A stretch of DNA of 64,000 nt from the human T2T-CHM13v2.0 reference genome, Homo sapiens, in NCBI RefSeq assembly GCF_009914755.1, contig NC_060946.1. The stretch is one strand, 5' to 3'. This document shows, piece after piece, positions 15,201 through 26,900 of the stretch. Numbering within the stretch: position 1 is the stretch's first letter; each line of letters opens with the position of its first letter. A program made the position numbers and the translations under genes. Below the pieces are notes generated by a model. It was not told the DNA's origin and searched no databases. It saw only the letters and a list, made by a program, of their open reading frames with translations.

Positions 15201-18200
15201 CCAAATATCCATTTGTAGATTCTACAGAAAGACTTCCCAAACTGCTCAATCAAAAGAAAGGTTCAACACAGTGAGATGAAGGCACACATCACAAAGAAGT
15301 TTCTCAGAAATCTCCTGTCTAGTTTTTATGTGAAGATATTTTGTATTTCACCACAGGCCATAAGGGGCTCACAAATATCCCTTTGCAGGTTCTACAAAAA
15401 GACTGTTTCCAAACTGCTCAATCAAAAGAAAGGTTCAACTCTGTGACGTGAATGGACACATCACAAAAAATTTCTCGGAATGATTCCGTCTAGTTTTTAT
15501 GGGAAGATGTTTCTCTTTCACCAGAAGCCTCAAACGGATCAGAATTCTCCCTTTGCAGATTGTACAATAAGCCTCTTTGCAATCTGCACAATCAAAAGAA
15601 AGTTTCAACTCTGTGAGGTGAATGCACACATCACAAGGGAGTTTCTCAGAAAGCTTCTGTTTAGTTTTTACGTGAAGATGTTTCGTTTTTCAACATGGGC
15701 CTCAGAAGCTCTCCAAATATCCATTTGCAGATTCTAGAAAAAGAGTGTTTCCAAACTCCTCAATCAAAAGAAAGTTTCAATTCTGTGAGATGAAAGCACA
15801 CATCACACCGAAGTTTCTTAGAAAGCTTCTGTCTAGTTTTTATGTGAAGATACTTCACAGTGCATCATAGTACTCAAAGGGCTCAGAAATATCCCTTGGC
15901 AGATTCTACAAAAGGACTGTTTCAAAACTGCTCAATCCAAAGAAAGTTTCAACTATGTGAGATGAATTCACACATCACAAAGAAGTTCCTCAGAATGCTT
16001 CTGTCTAGTTTATATGTGAAGAAGATTCCTATTTCACCATAGGCAATAAAGGGCTCACAAATATGTTTTGCAGATTCTACAAAAAGACTGTATCCAAACT
16101 GCTCAATAAAAAGAAAGTTTTAACTCTGTTAGATTAACGGACACAACGAAAAGTAGTTTCTCAGAAAACTTCTGTTTAGTTTTTATGAGAAGATATTTCC
16201 TTTGCCACCATTGGCCACAAAGCACTCCTAATATCCATTTACAGATTTCACAAAAAGAGTGTTTCCAAACAGCTCAATCAAAAGAAAGTGTTTAACTCTG
16301 TGAGGTGAAAGCACACATCTCAATGAAGTTTCTCAGAAAGCTTCGGTCTACTTTTAATGTGAAGATATTTCCAGTTTCACCGTAGGCCTCAAAGGGCTAA
16401 GAAATATCCCTTTCCAGATTCTAAAAGACGACCGTTTCCATACTTCTCAATCAAAAGAAAGGTTAAATTCTCTGAGGTTAATACCCACGTCAGAATGAAG
16501 TTTCTCAGAATTCTCCTGTCTAGTTTCTATGTGAAGATATTTACTATTTCACTATAGGCTTCAAAGGTCTCAAAAATATCCCTTTGCAGATTCTACAAAA
16601 ATACGGTTTCCACAGTGCTGAATTAAAAGAAACCTTCAACTCTGTCAGATGAATGGAGACATCACAAAGAAGTTCCTCGGAATGCTTCTGTCTAGTTTAA
16701 ATGTGAAGATATTTCTCTTTCACCACAGACCTCAAATGGCTCAGAAATATGCCTTTGCAGATTGCAGAAAAAGACTGTCTCTAAACTGCTCAAATAAAAT
16801 AAAGTTTCAACACTGTGAGATGAATGCACACATCACAAAGAAGTTTCTCAGAAAGCTTCAGTCTAGTTTGTATGTGAAGATATTTCCTTTTTCAGCATAG
16901 TCCTTACACCGCTCACAAATATCCTTCTGCAGATACTAGAAAAAGACTGTTTCCAAACTGCTCCATCAAAAGAAAATTTCACCTACCTCAGATGAATGCA
17001 CATATCATAAAGAAGTTTCTCAGAATTCTTCTGTCTAGATTTTATGTGAAGATATTTCCATTTTCACCTTAGGCCAAAAAGCGTTCCAAACATCCCTTTG
17101 CAGATGATACGAAAAGACTGTTTCCAAACTGCTCAATCAAAAGAAACTTTCAACTCTGTGAGATGAAAGCACCCATCACAAAAAAGTTTCTCAGAAATCT
17201 TCTGTCTAGTTTTTATCTCAAGATAATTCCTATTTTGCCATAGGAATCACCGGGCTCAAAAATATCCCTTTGCAGATTCTACAAAAGTTCTGTTTACAAA
17301 CCTCTCAATCAAAAGAAACGTTCAACATTGTGAGATGAATGAACACATCACAAAGAAGTTTCTCAGAATGCTTCTGTCTGGTTACTCTGTGAAGATATTT
17401 CTTTTTTCACCACAGTCTTTAAGCCACTCAAAAATATCTGTCTGCAGACACTACAAAAATACTGTTTCCAAACTGGCCCATATAGCATGTTTCAACTATG
17501 TGAAAGGAATGCACTCATCAAAGAGAAGTTTCTCAGAATTCTTCTGTCTAGTTTTTATGTGAAGATATTTCCTTCTTCACCGTAGGCCGCAAATTGCTCC
17601 AAATATCCATTTGCGGATTCTACAGAAAGAATGTTTCCAAACTGGTCAATCAACAGAAAGGCTCAACTCTGTGAGACGAAAGCACACATCACAAAGAAGT
17701 TTCTCAGAAAGCTTCTGTCTGCATTTTATGTGAAGGTATTTCCTTTGGCACCGTAGGCCTTAAACCACTCACAAACATAACTCCGCTTATACTACCAAGA
17801 GACTTTCTCCAAATTGCTAAATCAAAAGAAACGTTAAATTCTGTGAGATGAATACACACATCAAAAAGAAGTTTCTCAAAATGCTTCTGTCTAGTTTTCA
17901 TGTGAAGATATTTATTTTTCACCATTGGCCCCAAACGGCTCAGAAATATCCCTTTGCAGTTTGTAGGAAAAGACTGTTTCCAAACTGCTCAATGAGAAGA
18001 AATGGTCAACTATTAGAGATGAATGGAAATGTCACAAAGAGTTTTCTCAAAAAGCTACTGTGTCGTTTTTATGTGAAGACGTTTCCTTTTTCACTCTAGG
18101 CCTTAAAACTCTCTAAATATACATTCACAGATTCTACAAAAAGACTGATTCCAAACTGCTCAATCAGAAGAAAGGTTCAATTCCGTGTGACAAACGTGCA

Positions 18201-21200
18201 CATCACAAAGAAATTTGTCAGAAAGCTTCTGTCTACTTTTTATGTGAAGATATTTCATATTTCAACAAAGGCCATAAAGGGCTCACAAGTATCCCTTTGC
18301 AGATTCTAAGAAAAGACATTTTCCAAACTCCTCAATCAAAAGAAAGGTTTCACTCTGTGCGATGAATGGACACATCACAAAGAAGTTTCTCAGAAAGCTT
18401 CTGTCTACTTTTTATGTGAGGTTATTTCTTGTTCACCATAGGCCTCAAGCAGCAAGAAATTTCCCTCTGCAGCTTCTACAAAAGACTGGTTCCAAGCTGC
18501 TCAACTGAAAGGAAGGTTGAATTCTGTGACATGAATTCACACAACGCAAAGAGGTTTTTCAGAAATCTTCTGTCTAGTTTTTATGTGAAGATACTTCCTT
18601 TTTCACCAAGGACCTCAAATATCTCCAAATATCCATTTGCAGATTCTACAGAAAGACTTCCCAAACTGCTCAATCAAAAGAAAGGTTCAACACAGTGAGA
18701 TGAAGGCACACATCACAAAGAAGTTTCTCAGAAATCTCCTGTCTAGTTTTTATGTGAAGATATTTCGTATTTCACCACAGGCCATAAGGGGCTCACAAAT
18801 ATCCCTTTGCAGGTTCTACACAAAGACTGTTTCCAAACTGCTCAATCAAAAGAAAGGTTCAACTCTGTGACGTGAATGGACACATCACAAAAAATTTCTT
18901 GGAATGATTCCGTCTAGTTTTTATGGGAAGATGTTTCTCTTTCACCAGAAGCCTCAAACGGATCGGAATTCTCCCTTTGCAGATTGTACAATAAGCCTCT
19001 TTGCAATCTGCTCAATCAAAAGAAAGTTTCAACTCTGTGAGGTGAATGCACACATCACAAGTTAGTTTCTCAGAAAGCTTCTGTTTAGTTTTTACGTGAA
19101 GATGTTTCGTTTTTCAACATGGGCCTCAGAAGCTCTCCAAATATCCATTTGCAGATTCTAGAAAAAGAATGTTTCCAAACTCCTCAATCAAAAGAAAGTT
19201 TCAATTCTGTGAGATGAAAGCACACATCACACCGAAGTTTCTTAGTAAGATTCTGTCTAGTTTTTATGTGAAGATTCTTCACAGTGCATCATAGTACTCA
19301 AAGGGCTCAGAAATATCCCTTGGCAGATTCTACAAAAGGACTGTTTCAAAACTGCTCAATCCAAAGAAAGTTTCAACTATGTGAGATGAATTCACACATC
19401 ACAAAGAAGTTCCTAAGAATGCTTCTGTCTACTTTATATGTGAAGAAGATTCCTATTTCACCATAGGCAATAAAGGGCTCACAAATATGTTTTGCAGATT
19501 CTACAAAAAGACTGTATCCAAACTGCTCAATAAAAAGAAAGTTTTATCTGTGTTAGATTAACGGACACAACGAAAAGTAGTTTCTCAGAAAACTTCTGTT
19601 TAGTTTTTATGAGAAGATATTTCCTTTGCCACCATTGGCCTCAAAGCACTCCTAATATCCATTTACAGATTTCACAAAAAGAGTGTTTCCAAACAGCTCA
19701 ATCAAAAGAAAGTGTTTAACTCTGTGAGGTGAAAGCACACATCTCAATGGAGTTTCTCAGAAAGCTTCGGTCTACTTTTCATGTGAAGATATTTCCAGTT
19801 TCACCGTAGGCCTCAAAGGGCTAAGAAATATCCCTTTCCAGATTCTAAAAGACGACCGTTTCCATACTTCTCAATCAAAAGAAAGGTTAAATTCTCTGAG
19901 TTTAATGCCCACGTCAGAATGAAGTTTCTCAGAATTCTCCTGTCTAGTTTCTATGTGAAGATATTTACTATTTCACTATAGGCTTCAAAGGTCTCAAAAA
20001 TATCCCTTTGCAGATTCTACAAAAATACGGTTTCCACAGCGCTGAATTAAAAGAAACCTTCAACTATGTCAGATGAATGGAGACATCACAAAGAAGTTCC
20101 TCGGAATGCTTCTGTCTAGTTTAAATGTGAAGATATTTCTCTTTCACCACAGACCTCAAATGGCTCAGAAATATGCCTTTGCAGATTGCAGAAAAAGACT
20201 GTCTCTAAACTGCTCAAATAAAATAAAGTTTCAACACTGTGAGATGAATGCACACATCACAAAGAAGTTTCTCAGAAAGCTTCTGTCTAGTTTTTATGTG
20301 AAGATATTTCCTTTTTCAGCATAGTCCTTACACCGCTCACAAATATCCTTCTGCAGATACTAGAAAAAGACTGTTTCCAAACTGCTCCATCAAAAGAAAA
20401 TTTCACCTACCTCAGATGAATGCACACATCATAAAGAAGTTTCTCAGAATTCTTCTGTCTAGATTTTATGTGAAGATATTTCCATTTTCACCTTAGGCCA
20501 AAAAGCGCTCCAAACATCCCTTTGCAGATGACACGAAACGACTGTTTCCAAACTGCTCAATCAAAAGAAATTTTCAACTCTGTGAGATGAAAGCACCCAT
20601 CACAAAAAAGTTTCTCAGAAATCTTCTCTCTAGTTTTTATCTCAAGATAATTCCTATTTTGCCATAGGAATCAAGGGGCTCACAAATATCCCTTTGCAGA
20701 TTCTACAAAAGTTCTGTTTACAAACCTCTCAATCAAAAGAAACGTTCAACATTGTGAGATGAATGAACACATCACAAAGAAGTTTCTCAGAATGCTTCTG
20801 TCTGGTTACTCTGTGAAGATATTTCTTTTTTCACCACAGTCTTTAAGCCACTCAAAAATATCTGTCTGCAGACACTACAAAAAGACTGTTTCCAAACTGG
20901 CCCATATAGCATGTTTCAACTATGTGAAAGGAATGCACTCATCAAAGAGAAGTTTCTTAGAATTCTTCTGTCTAGTTTTTATGTGAAGATATTTCCTTCT
21001 TCACCGCAGGCCGCAAATTGCTCCAAATATCCATTTGCGGATTCTACAGAAAGAATGTTTCCAAACTGGTCAATCAACAGAAAGGCTCAACTCTGTGAGA
21101 CGAAATCACACATCACAAAGAAGTTTCTCAGAAAGCTTCTGTCTACATTTTATGTGAAGGTATTTCCTTTGGCACCGTAGGCGTTAAACCACTCACAAAC

Positions 21201-21551
21201 ATAACTCCGCTTATACTACCAAGAGACTTTCTCCAAATTGCTAAATCAAAAGAAACGTTCAACTCTGTGAGATGAATACACACATCAAAAATAAGTTTCT
21301 CATAATGCTTCTGCCTAGTTTTCATGTGAAGATATTTATTTTTCACCATTGGCCCCAAACGGCTCAGAAATATCCCTTTGCAGTTTGTAGGAAAAGACTG
21401 TTTCCAAACTGCTCAATGAGAAGAAATGGTCAACTATTAGAGATGAATGGAAATGTCACAAGGAGTTTTCTCAAAATTCTACTGTGTCGTTTTTATGTGA
21501 AGACGTTTCCTTTTTCACTCTAGGCCTTAAAACTCTCTAAATATACATTCA

Positions 21552-21562
21552 CAGATTCTACA
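21552..21562. other. Crossover/deletion junction within 11-bp microhomology CAGATTCTACA
   Basis: The left flank ATATACATTCA matches the A monomer at ~993-1003. The right flank GAAAGACTTTCCAAACTGCTCCATC matches the B version of the monomer three positions downstream (compare 24990-25014). Confidence 0.93.
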
Positions 21563-23221
21563 GAAAGACTTTCCAAACTGCTCCATCAAAAGAAAGGTTC
21601 AACACTGTGAGATGAAGGCACACATCACCAAGAAGTTTCTCAGAAACCTTCTGTCTAGTTTTTAGGTGAAGATACTTCGTATTTCACCACAGGCCATAAA
21701 GGGCTCACAAATATCCCTTTGCAGGTTCTACAAAAAGACTGTTTCCAAACTGCCCAATCAAAGGAGAGGTTCAACTCTGTGACGTGAATGGACACATCAC
21801 AAAAAATTTCTTAGAATGCTTCCGTCTAGTTCTTATGGGAAGATATTTCTCTTTCACCATAAGCCTCAAACGGATCAGAATTCTCCCTCTGCAGATTGTA
21901 CGATAAGCCTCTTTCCAATCTGCTCAATCAAAAGAAAGTTTCCACTCGGTGAGGTGAATGCACACATCGCAAGGGAGTTTCTCAGAAAGCTTCTGTTTAG
22001 TTTTTACGTGAAGATATTTCGTTTTTCACCACGGGCCTCAAAAGCTCTCCAAATATCCATTTGCATATTCTAGAAAAAGAGTGTTTCCAAACTCCTCAAT
22101 CAAAGGATAGTTTCAATTCTGTGAGACGAAAGCACACATCACAACGAAGTTTCTTAGAAAGCGTCTGTGAAGTTTTTATGTGAAGATACTTCACATTGCA
22201 TCACAGTACTCAAGGGGCTCAGAAATATCCCCTTGCAGATCCTACAAAAGGACTGTTTCAAAACTGCTCAATCCAAAGAAAGTTTCAACTATGTGAGACG
22301 AATGCACACGTCACGAAGAAGTGCCTCAGAATGCTTCTGTCTAGTTTATATGTGAAGAAGATTCCTATTCCACCATAGGCAATAAAGGGCTCACAAATAT
22401 GTTTTGCAGATTCTACAAAAAGACTGTACCCAAACTGCTCAATAAAAAGAAAGTTTTAACTCTGTTAGGTTAATGGACACATCAAAAAGTAGTTTCTCAG
22501 AAAACTTCTGTGTAGTTTTTATGTGAAGATATTTCCTTTGTCACCATTGGCCTCAAAGCACTCCTAATATCCATTTACAGATGTCACAGAAAGAGTGTTT
22601 CCAAACTGCTCAATCAAAAGAAAGTGATTAACTCTGTGAGGTGAAAGCACACATCTCAAAGAAGTTTCTCCGAAAGCTTCGGTCTAGTTTTCATGTGATG
22701 ATATTTCCAGTCTCACCATAGGCCTCAAAGGGCTAAGAAATATCCCTTTCCAGATTCTAAAAGACCACCATTTCCATACTTCTCAATCAAAAGAAAGGTT
22801 ACATTCTGTGAGGTTAATGCACACATCAGAATGAAGTTTCTCAGAATTCTCCTGTCTAGTTTTCATGGGAAGATATTTACTATTTCACTCTAGGCTTCAA
22901 ATGTCTCAAAAATATCCCTTTGCAGATTCTACAAAAATATGCTTTCCAAAGTGCTGAATTAAAAGAAACCTTCAACTCTGTCCGATGAATGGAGAGGCAT
23001 CACAACGAAGTTCCTCAGAATGCTTCTGTCTAGTTTAAATGTGAAGATATTTCTTTTTCACCATAGACCTCAAAGGGCTCAGAATTAGACCTTTGCAGAT
23101 TGCAGAGAAAGACTGTCTCTAAACTGCTCAAATAAAATAAAGTTTCAACACGGTGAGATGAATGCACACATCACAAAGAAGTTCCTCAGAAAGCTTCTGT
23201 CTGGATTTTATGTGAAGATAT

Positions 23222-23238
23222 TTCCTTTTTCACCATAG
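23222..23238 (+). other. pJalpha box, perfect match (repeats every 3427 bp in variant B)
   Basis: TTCCTTTTTCACCATAG. Confidence 0.75.
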
Positions 23239-23906
23239 GCCTTACACCGCTCACAAATATCCTTCTGCAGATACTAGAAAAAGACTGTTTCCAAACTGCT
23301 CCATCAAAAGAAAATTTCACCCATCTGAGATGAATGCACACATCATAAAGAAGTTCCTCAGAATTCTTCTGTCTAGTTTTTATGTGAAGATGTTTCCATT
23401 TTCACCTTAGGCCACAAAGCGCTCCAAACATCCGTTTGCAGATGATACGAAAAGACTGTTTCCAAACTGCTCAATCAAAAGAAATTTTCAACTCTGTGAG
23501 ATGAGAGCACACATCACAAAAAAGTTTCTCAGAAATCTTCTGTCTCGCTTTTATCTCAAGATAATTCCTATTTTGCCATAGGAATCAAGGGGCTCACATA
23601 TATCCCTTTGCGGATTCTACAAAAGTTCTCTTTACAAACTTCTCAATCAAAAGAAACGTTCAACATTGGGAGATGAATGAACACATCCCAAAGAAGTTTC
23701 TCAGGTTGCTTCTGTCTGGTTGCTATGTGAAGATGTTTCCTTTTTCACCATGGTCTTTAAGCCACTCAAACATACCTGTCTGCAGACTCTACAAAAAGAC
23801 TGTTTCCAAACTGGCCCATATAGCATGTTTCAACTATGTGAAATGAATGCACTCATCAAAAAGAAGTTTCTCAGGATTCTCCTGTCTAGTTTTTATGTGA
23901 AGATAT

Positions 23907-23923
23907 TTCCTTTTTCACCGTAG
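23907..23923 (+). other. pJalpha box, second perfect match per variant-B HOR
   Basis: TTCCTTTTTCACCGTAG; the homologous site in variant A reads TTCCTTCTTCACCGTAG. Confidence 0.75.
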
Positions 23924-26900
23924 GCCACAAATTGCTCCAAATATCCATTTGCAGATTCTACAAAAAGAATGTTCCCAAACTGGTCAATCAAAAGAAAGGC
24001 GCAACTCTGTGAGACGAAAGCACACATCACAAAGAAGTTTCCCGGAAAGCTTCTGTCTACATTTTATGTGAACGTATTTCCTTTGGCACCATAGGCCTTA
24101 AACCGCTCGCAAATATAACTCCAATTAAACGACCTAGAGACTTTCTCCAGATTGCTAAATCAAAAGAAAGGTTCAACTCTGTGAGATGAATACACACATC
24201 AAAAAGAAGTTTCTCAAAATGCTTCTGTCTAGTTTTCATGGGAAGATATTTATTTTTCACCGTTGGCCCCAAACCGCTCAGAAATATCCCTTTGCAGTTT
24301 GTAGAAAAAGACTGCTTCCAAACTGCTCAATGAAAGGAAATGGCCAACTATTAGAGATGAATGGAAATGTCACAAAGAGTTTCCTCAAAAAGCTACTGTG
24401 TCGTTTTCATGTGAAGACATTGCCTTTGGCACCCTAGGCCTTAAAACTCTCTAAATGCACATTCACAGATTCTACAAAAAGACTGATTCCAAACTGCTCA
24501 ATCAGAAGAAGGGTTCAATTCCGTGTGACAAACGTGCACATCACCAAGAAATTTGTCAGAAAGCTTCTGTCTACTTTTTATGTGAAGATATTTCATATTT
24601 CAACAAAGGCCATAAAGGGCTCACAAATATCCCTTCGCAGATTCTAAGAAAAGACGTTTTCCAAACTCCTCACTCAAAAGAAAGGTTTAACACTGTGAGA
24701 TGAATGGACACATCACGAAGAAGTTTCTCAGAAAGCTTCTGTCTAGTTTTTCTGTGAAGATATTTCTTTTTCACCATAGGCCTCAAGCAGCTAAGAAATT
24801 TCCCTCTGCAGCTTCTACCAAAGGCTGTTTCCAAACTGCTCAACTGAAAGAAAGGTTGAATTCTGTGACATGAATTCACACATCACAAAGAGGTTTTTCA
24901 GAAATCTCCTGTCTGGTTTTTAGGTGAAGATACTTCCTTTTTCACCACGGGCCTCAAATATCTCCAAATATCCATTTGCAGATTCTACAGAAAGACTTTC
25001 CAAACTGCTCCATCAAAAGAAAGGTTCAACACTGTGAGATGAAGGCACACATCACCAAGAAGTTTCTCAGAAACCTTCTGTCTAGTTTTTAGGTGAAGAT
25101 ACTTCGTATTTCACCACAGGCCATAAAGGGCTCACAAATATCCCTTTGCAGGTTCTACAAAAAGACTGTTTCCAAACTGCCCAATCAAAGGAGAGGTTCA
25201 ACTCTGTGACGTGAATGGACACATCACAAAAAATTTCTTAAAATGCTTCCGTCTAGTTCTTATGGGAAGATATTTCTCTTTCACCATAAGCCTCAAACGG
25301 ATCAGAATTCTCCCTCTGCAGATTGTACGATAAGCCTCTTTCCAATCTGCTCAATCAAAAGAAAGTTTCCACTCGGTGAGGTGAATGCACACATCGCAAG
25401 GGAGTTTCTCAGAAAGCTTCTGTTTAGTTTTTACGTGAAGATATTTCGTTTTTCACAACGGGCCTCAAAAGCTCTCAAAATATCCATTTGCATATTCTAG
25501 AAAAAGAGTGTTTCCAAACTCCTCAATCAAAGGATAGTTTCAATTCTGTGAGACGAAAGCACACATCACAACGAAGTTTCTTAGAAAGCGTCTGTGAAGT
25601 TTTTATGTGAAGATACTTCACATTGCATCACAGTACTCAAGGGGCTCAGAAATATCCCCTTGCAGATCCTACAAAAGGACTGTTTCAAAACTGCTCAATC
25701 CAAAGAAAGTTTCAACTATGTGAGACGAATGCACACGTCACGAAGAAGTGCCTCAGAATGCTTCTGTCTAGTTTATATGTGAAGAAGATTCCTATTCCAC
25801 CATAGGCAATAAAGGGCTCACAAATATGTTCTGCAGATTCTACAAAAAGACTGTATCCAAACTGCTCAATAAAAAGAAAGTTTTAACTCTGTTAGGTTAA
25901 TGGACACATCAAAAAGTAGTTTCTCAGAAAACTTCTGTGTAGTTTTTATGTGAAGATATTTCCTTTGTCACCATTGGCCTCAAAGCACTCCTAATATCCA
26001 TTTACAGATGTCACAGAAAGAGTGTTTCCAAACTGCTCAATCAAAAGAAAGTGATTAACTCTGTGAGGTGAAAGCACACATCTCAAAGAAGTTTCTCCGA
26101 AAGCTTCGGTCTAGTTTTCATGTGATGATATTTCCAGTCTCACCATAGGCCTCAAAGGGCTAAGAAATATCCCTTTCCAGATTCTAAAAGACCACCATTT
26201 CCATACTTCTCAATCAAAAGAAAGGTTACATTCTGTGAGGTTAATGCACACATCAGAATGAAGTTTCTCAGAATTCTCCTGTCTAGTTTTCATGGGAAGA
26301 TATTTACTATTTCACTCTAGGCTTCAAATGTCTCAAAAATATCCCTTTGCAGATTCTACAAAAATATGCTTTCCAAAGTGCTGAATTAAAAGAAACCTTC
26401 AACTCTGTCCGATGAATGGAGAGGCATCACAACGAAGTTCCTCAGAATGCTTCTGTCTAGTTTAAATGTGAAGATATTTCTTTTTCACCATAGACCTCAA
26501 AGGGCTCAGAATTAGACCTTTGCAGATTGCAGAGAAAGACTGTCTCTAAACTGCTCAAATAAAATAAAGTTTCAACACGGTGAGATGAATGCACACATCA
26601 CAAAGAAGTTCCTCAGAAAGCTTCTGTCTGGTTTTTATGTGAAGATATTTCCTTTTTCACCATAGGCCTTACACCGCTCACAAATATCCTTCTGCAGATA
26701 CTAGAAAAAGACTGTTTCCAAACTGCTCCATCAAAAGAAAATTTCACCCATCTGAGATGAATGCACACATCATAAAGAAGTTCCTCAGAATTCTTCTGTC
26801 TAGTTTTTATGTGAAGATGTTTCCATTTTCACCTTAGGCCACAAAGCGCTCCAAACATCCGTTTGCAGATGATACGAAAGGACTGTTTCCAAACTGCTCA

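Larger units (their letters stand above)
1..21562. repeat. 20-mer HOR, variant A (about 6.3 copies; copy starts 1, 3426, 6851, 10275, 13700, 17125, 20549)
   Basis: The same monomer-specific landmarks recur every 3425 bp. The period is 3424 in two copies that carry 1-bp deletions near 9395 and 18453. Twenty distinct box-position variants can be counted per period. The pseudo-ORF MNTHIK starts at 724, 4149, 7574, 14423, 17848 and 21272. Confidence 0.96.
20549..23462. repeat. Hybrid 17-mer HOR structural variant (A left part, B right part; 3 monomers / 513 bp missing)
   Basis: Same-phase landmarks are 2914 bp apart (20549 to 23463; ORF starts 21272 to 24186), and 3427-2914 = 513 = 3x171. The segment equivalent to 1015-1527 of copy A1 is absent. 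Confidence 0.95.

Noticed and set aside
9390-18460. Single-base deletions near 9395 (TACAGTTTC) and 18453 (AGCAGCAAG)
   Set aside because: They explain the two 3424-bp periods, but they are isolated private indels or sequencing errors with no further significance.
22010-22040. Possible CENP-B box (TTTCGTTTTTCACCACGGG has TTCG and CGGG)
   Set aside because: The required pattern is NTTCGNNNNANNCGGGN. Here there are 10 bases between TTCG and CGGG instead of 7, and the orientation is opposite to where a true box would lie. It is a degenerate pJalpha position.
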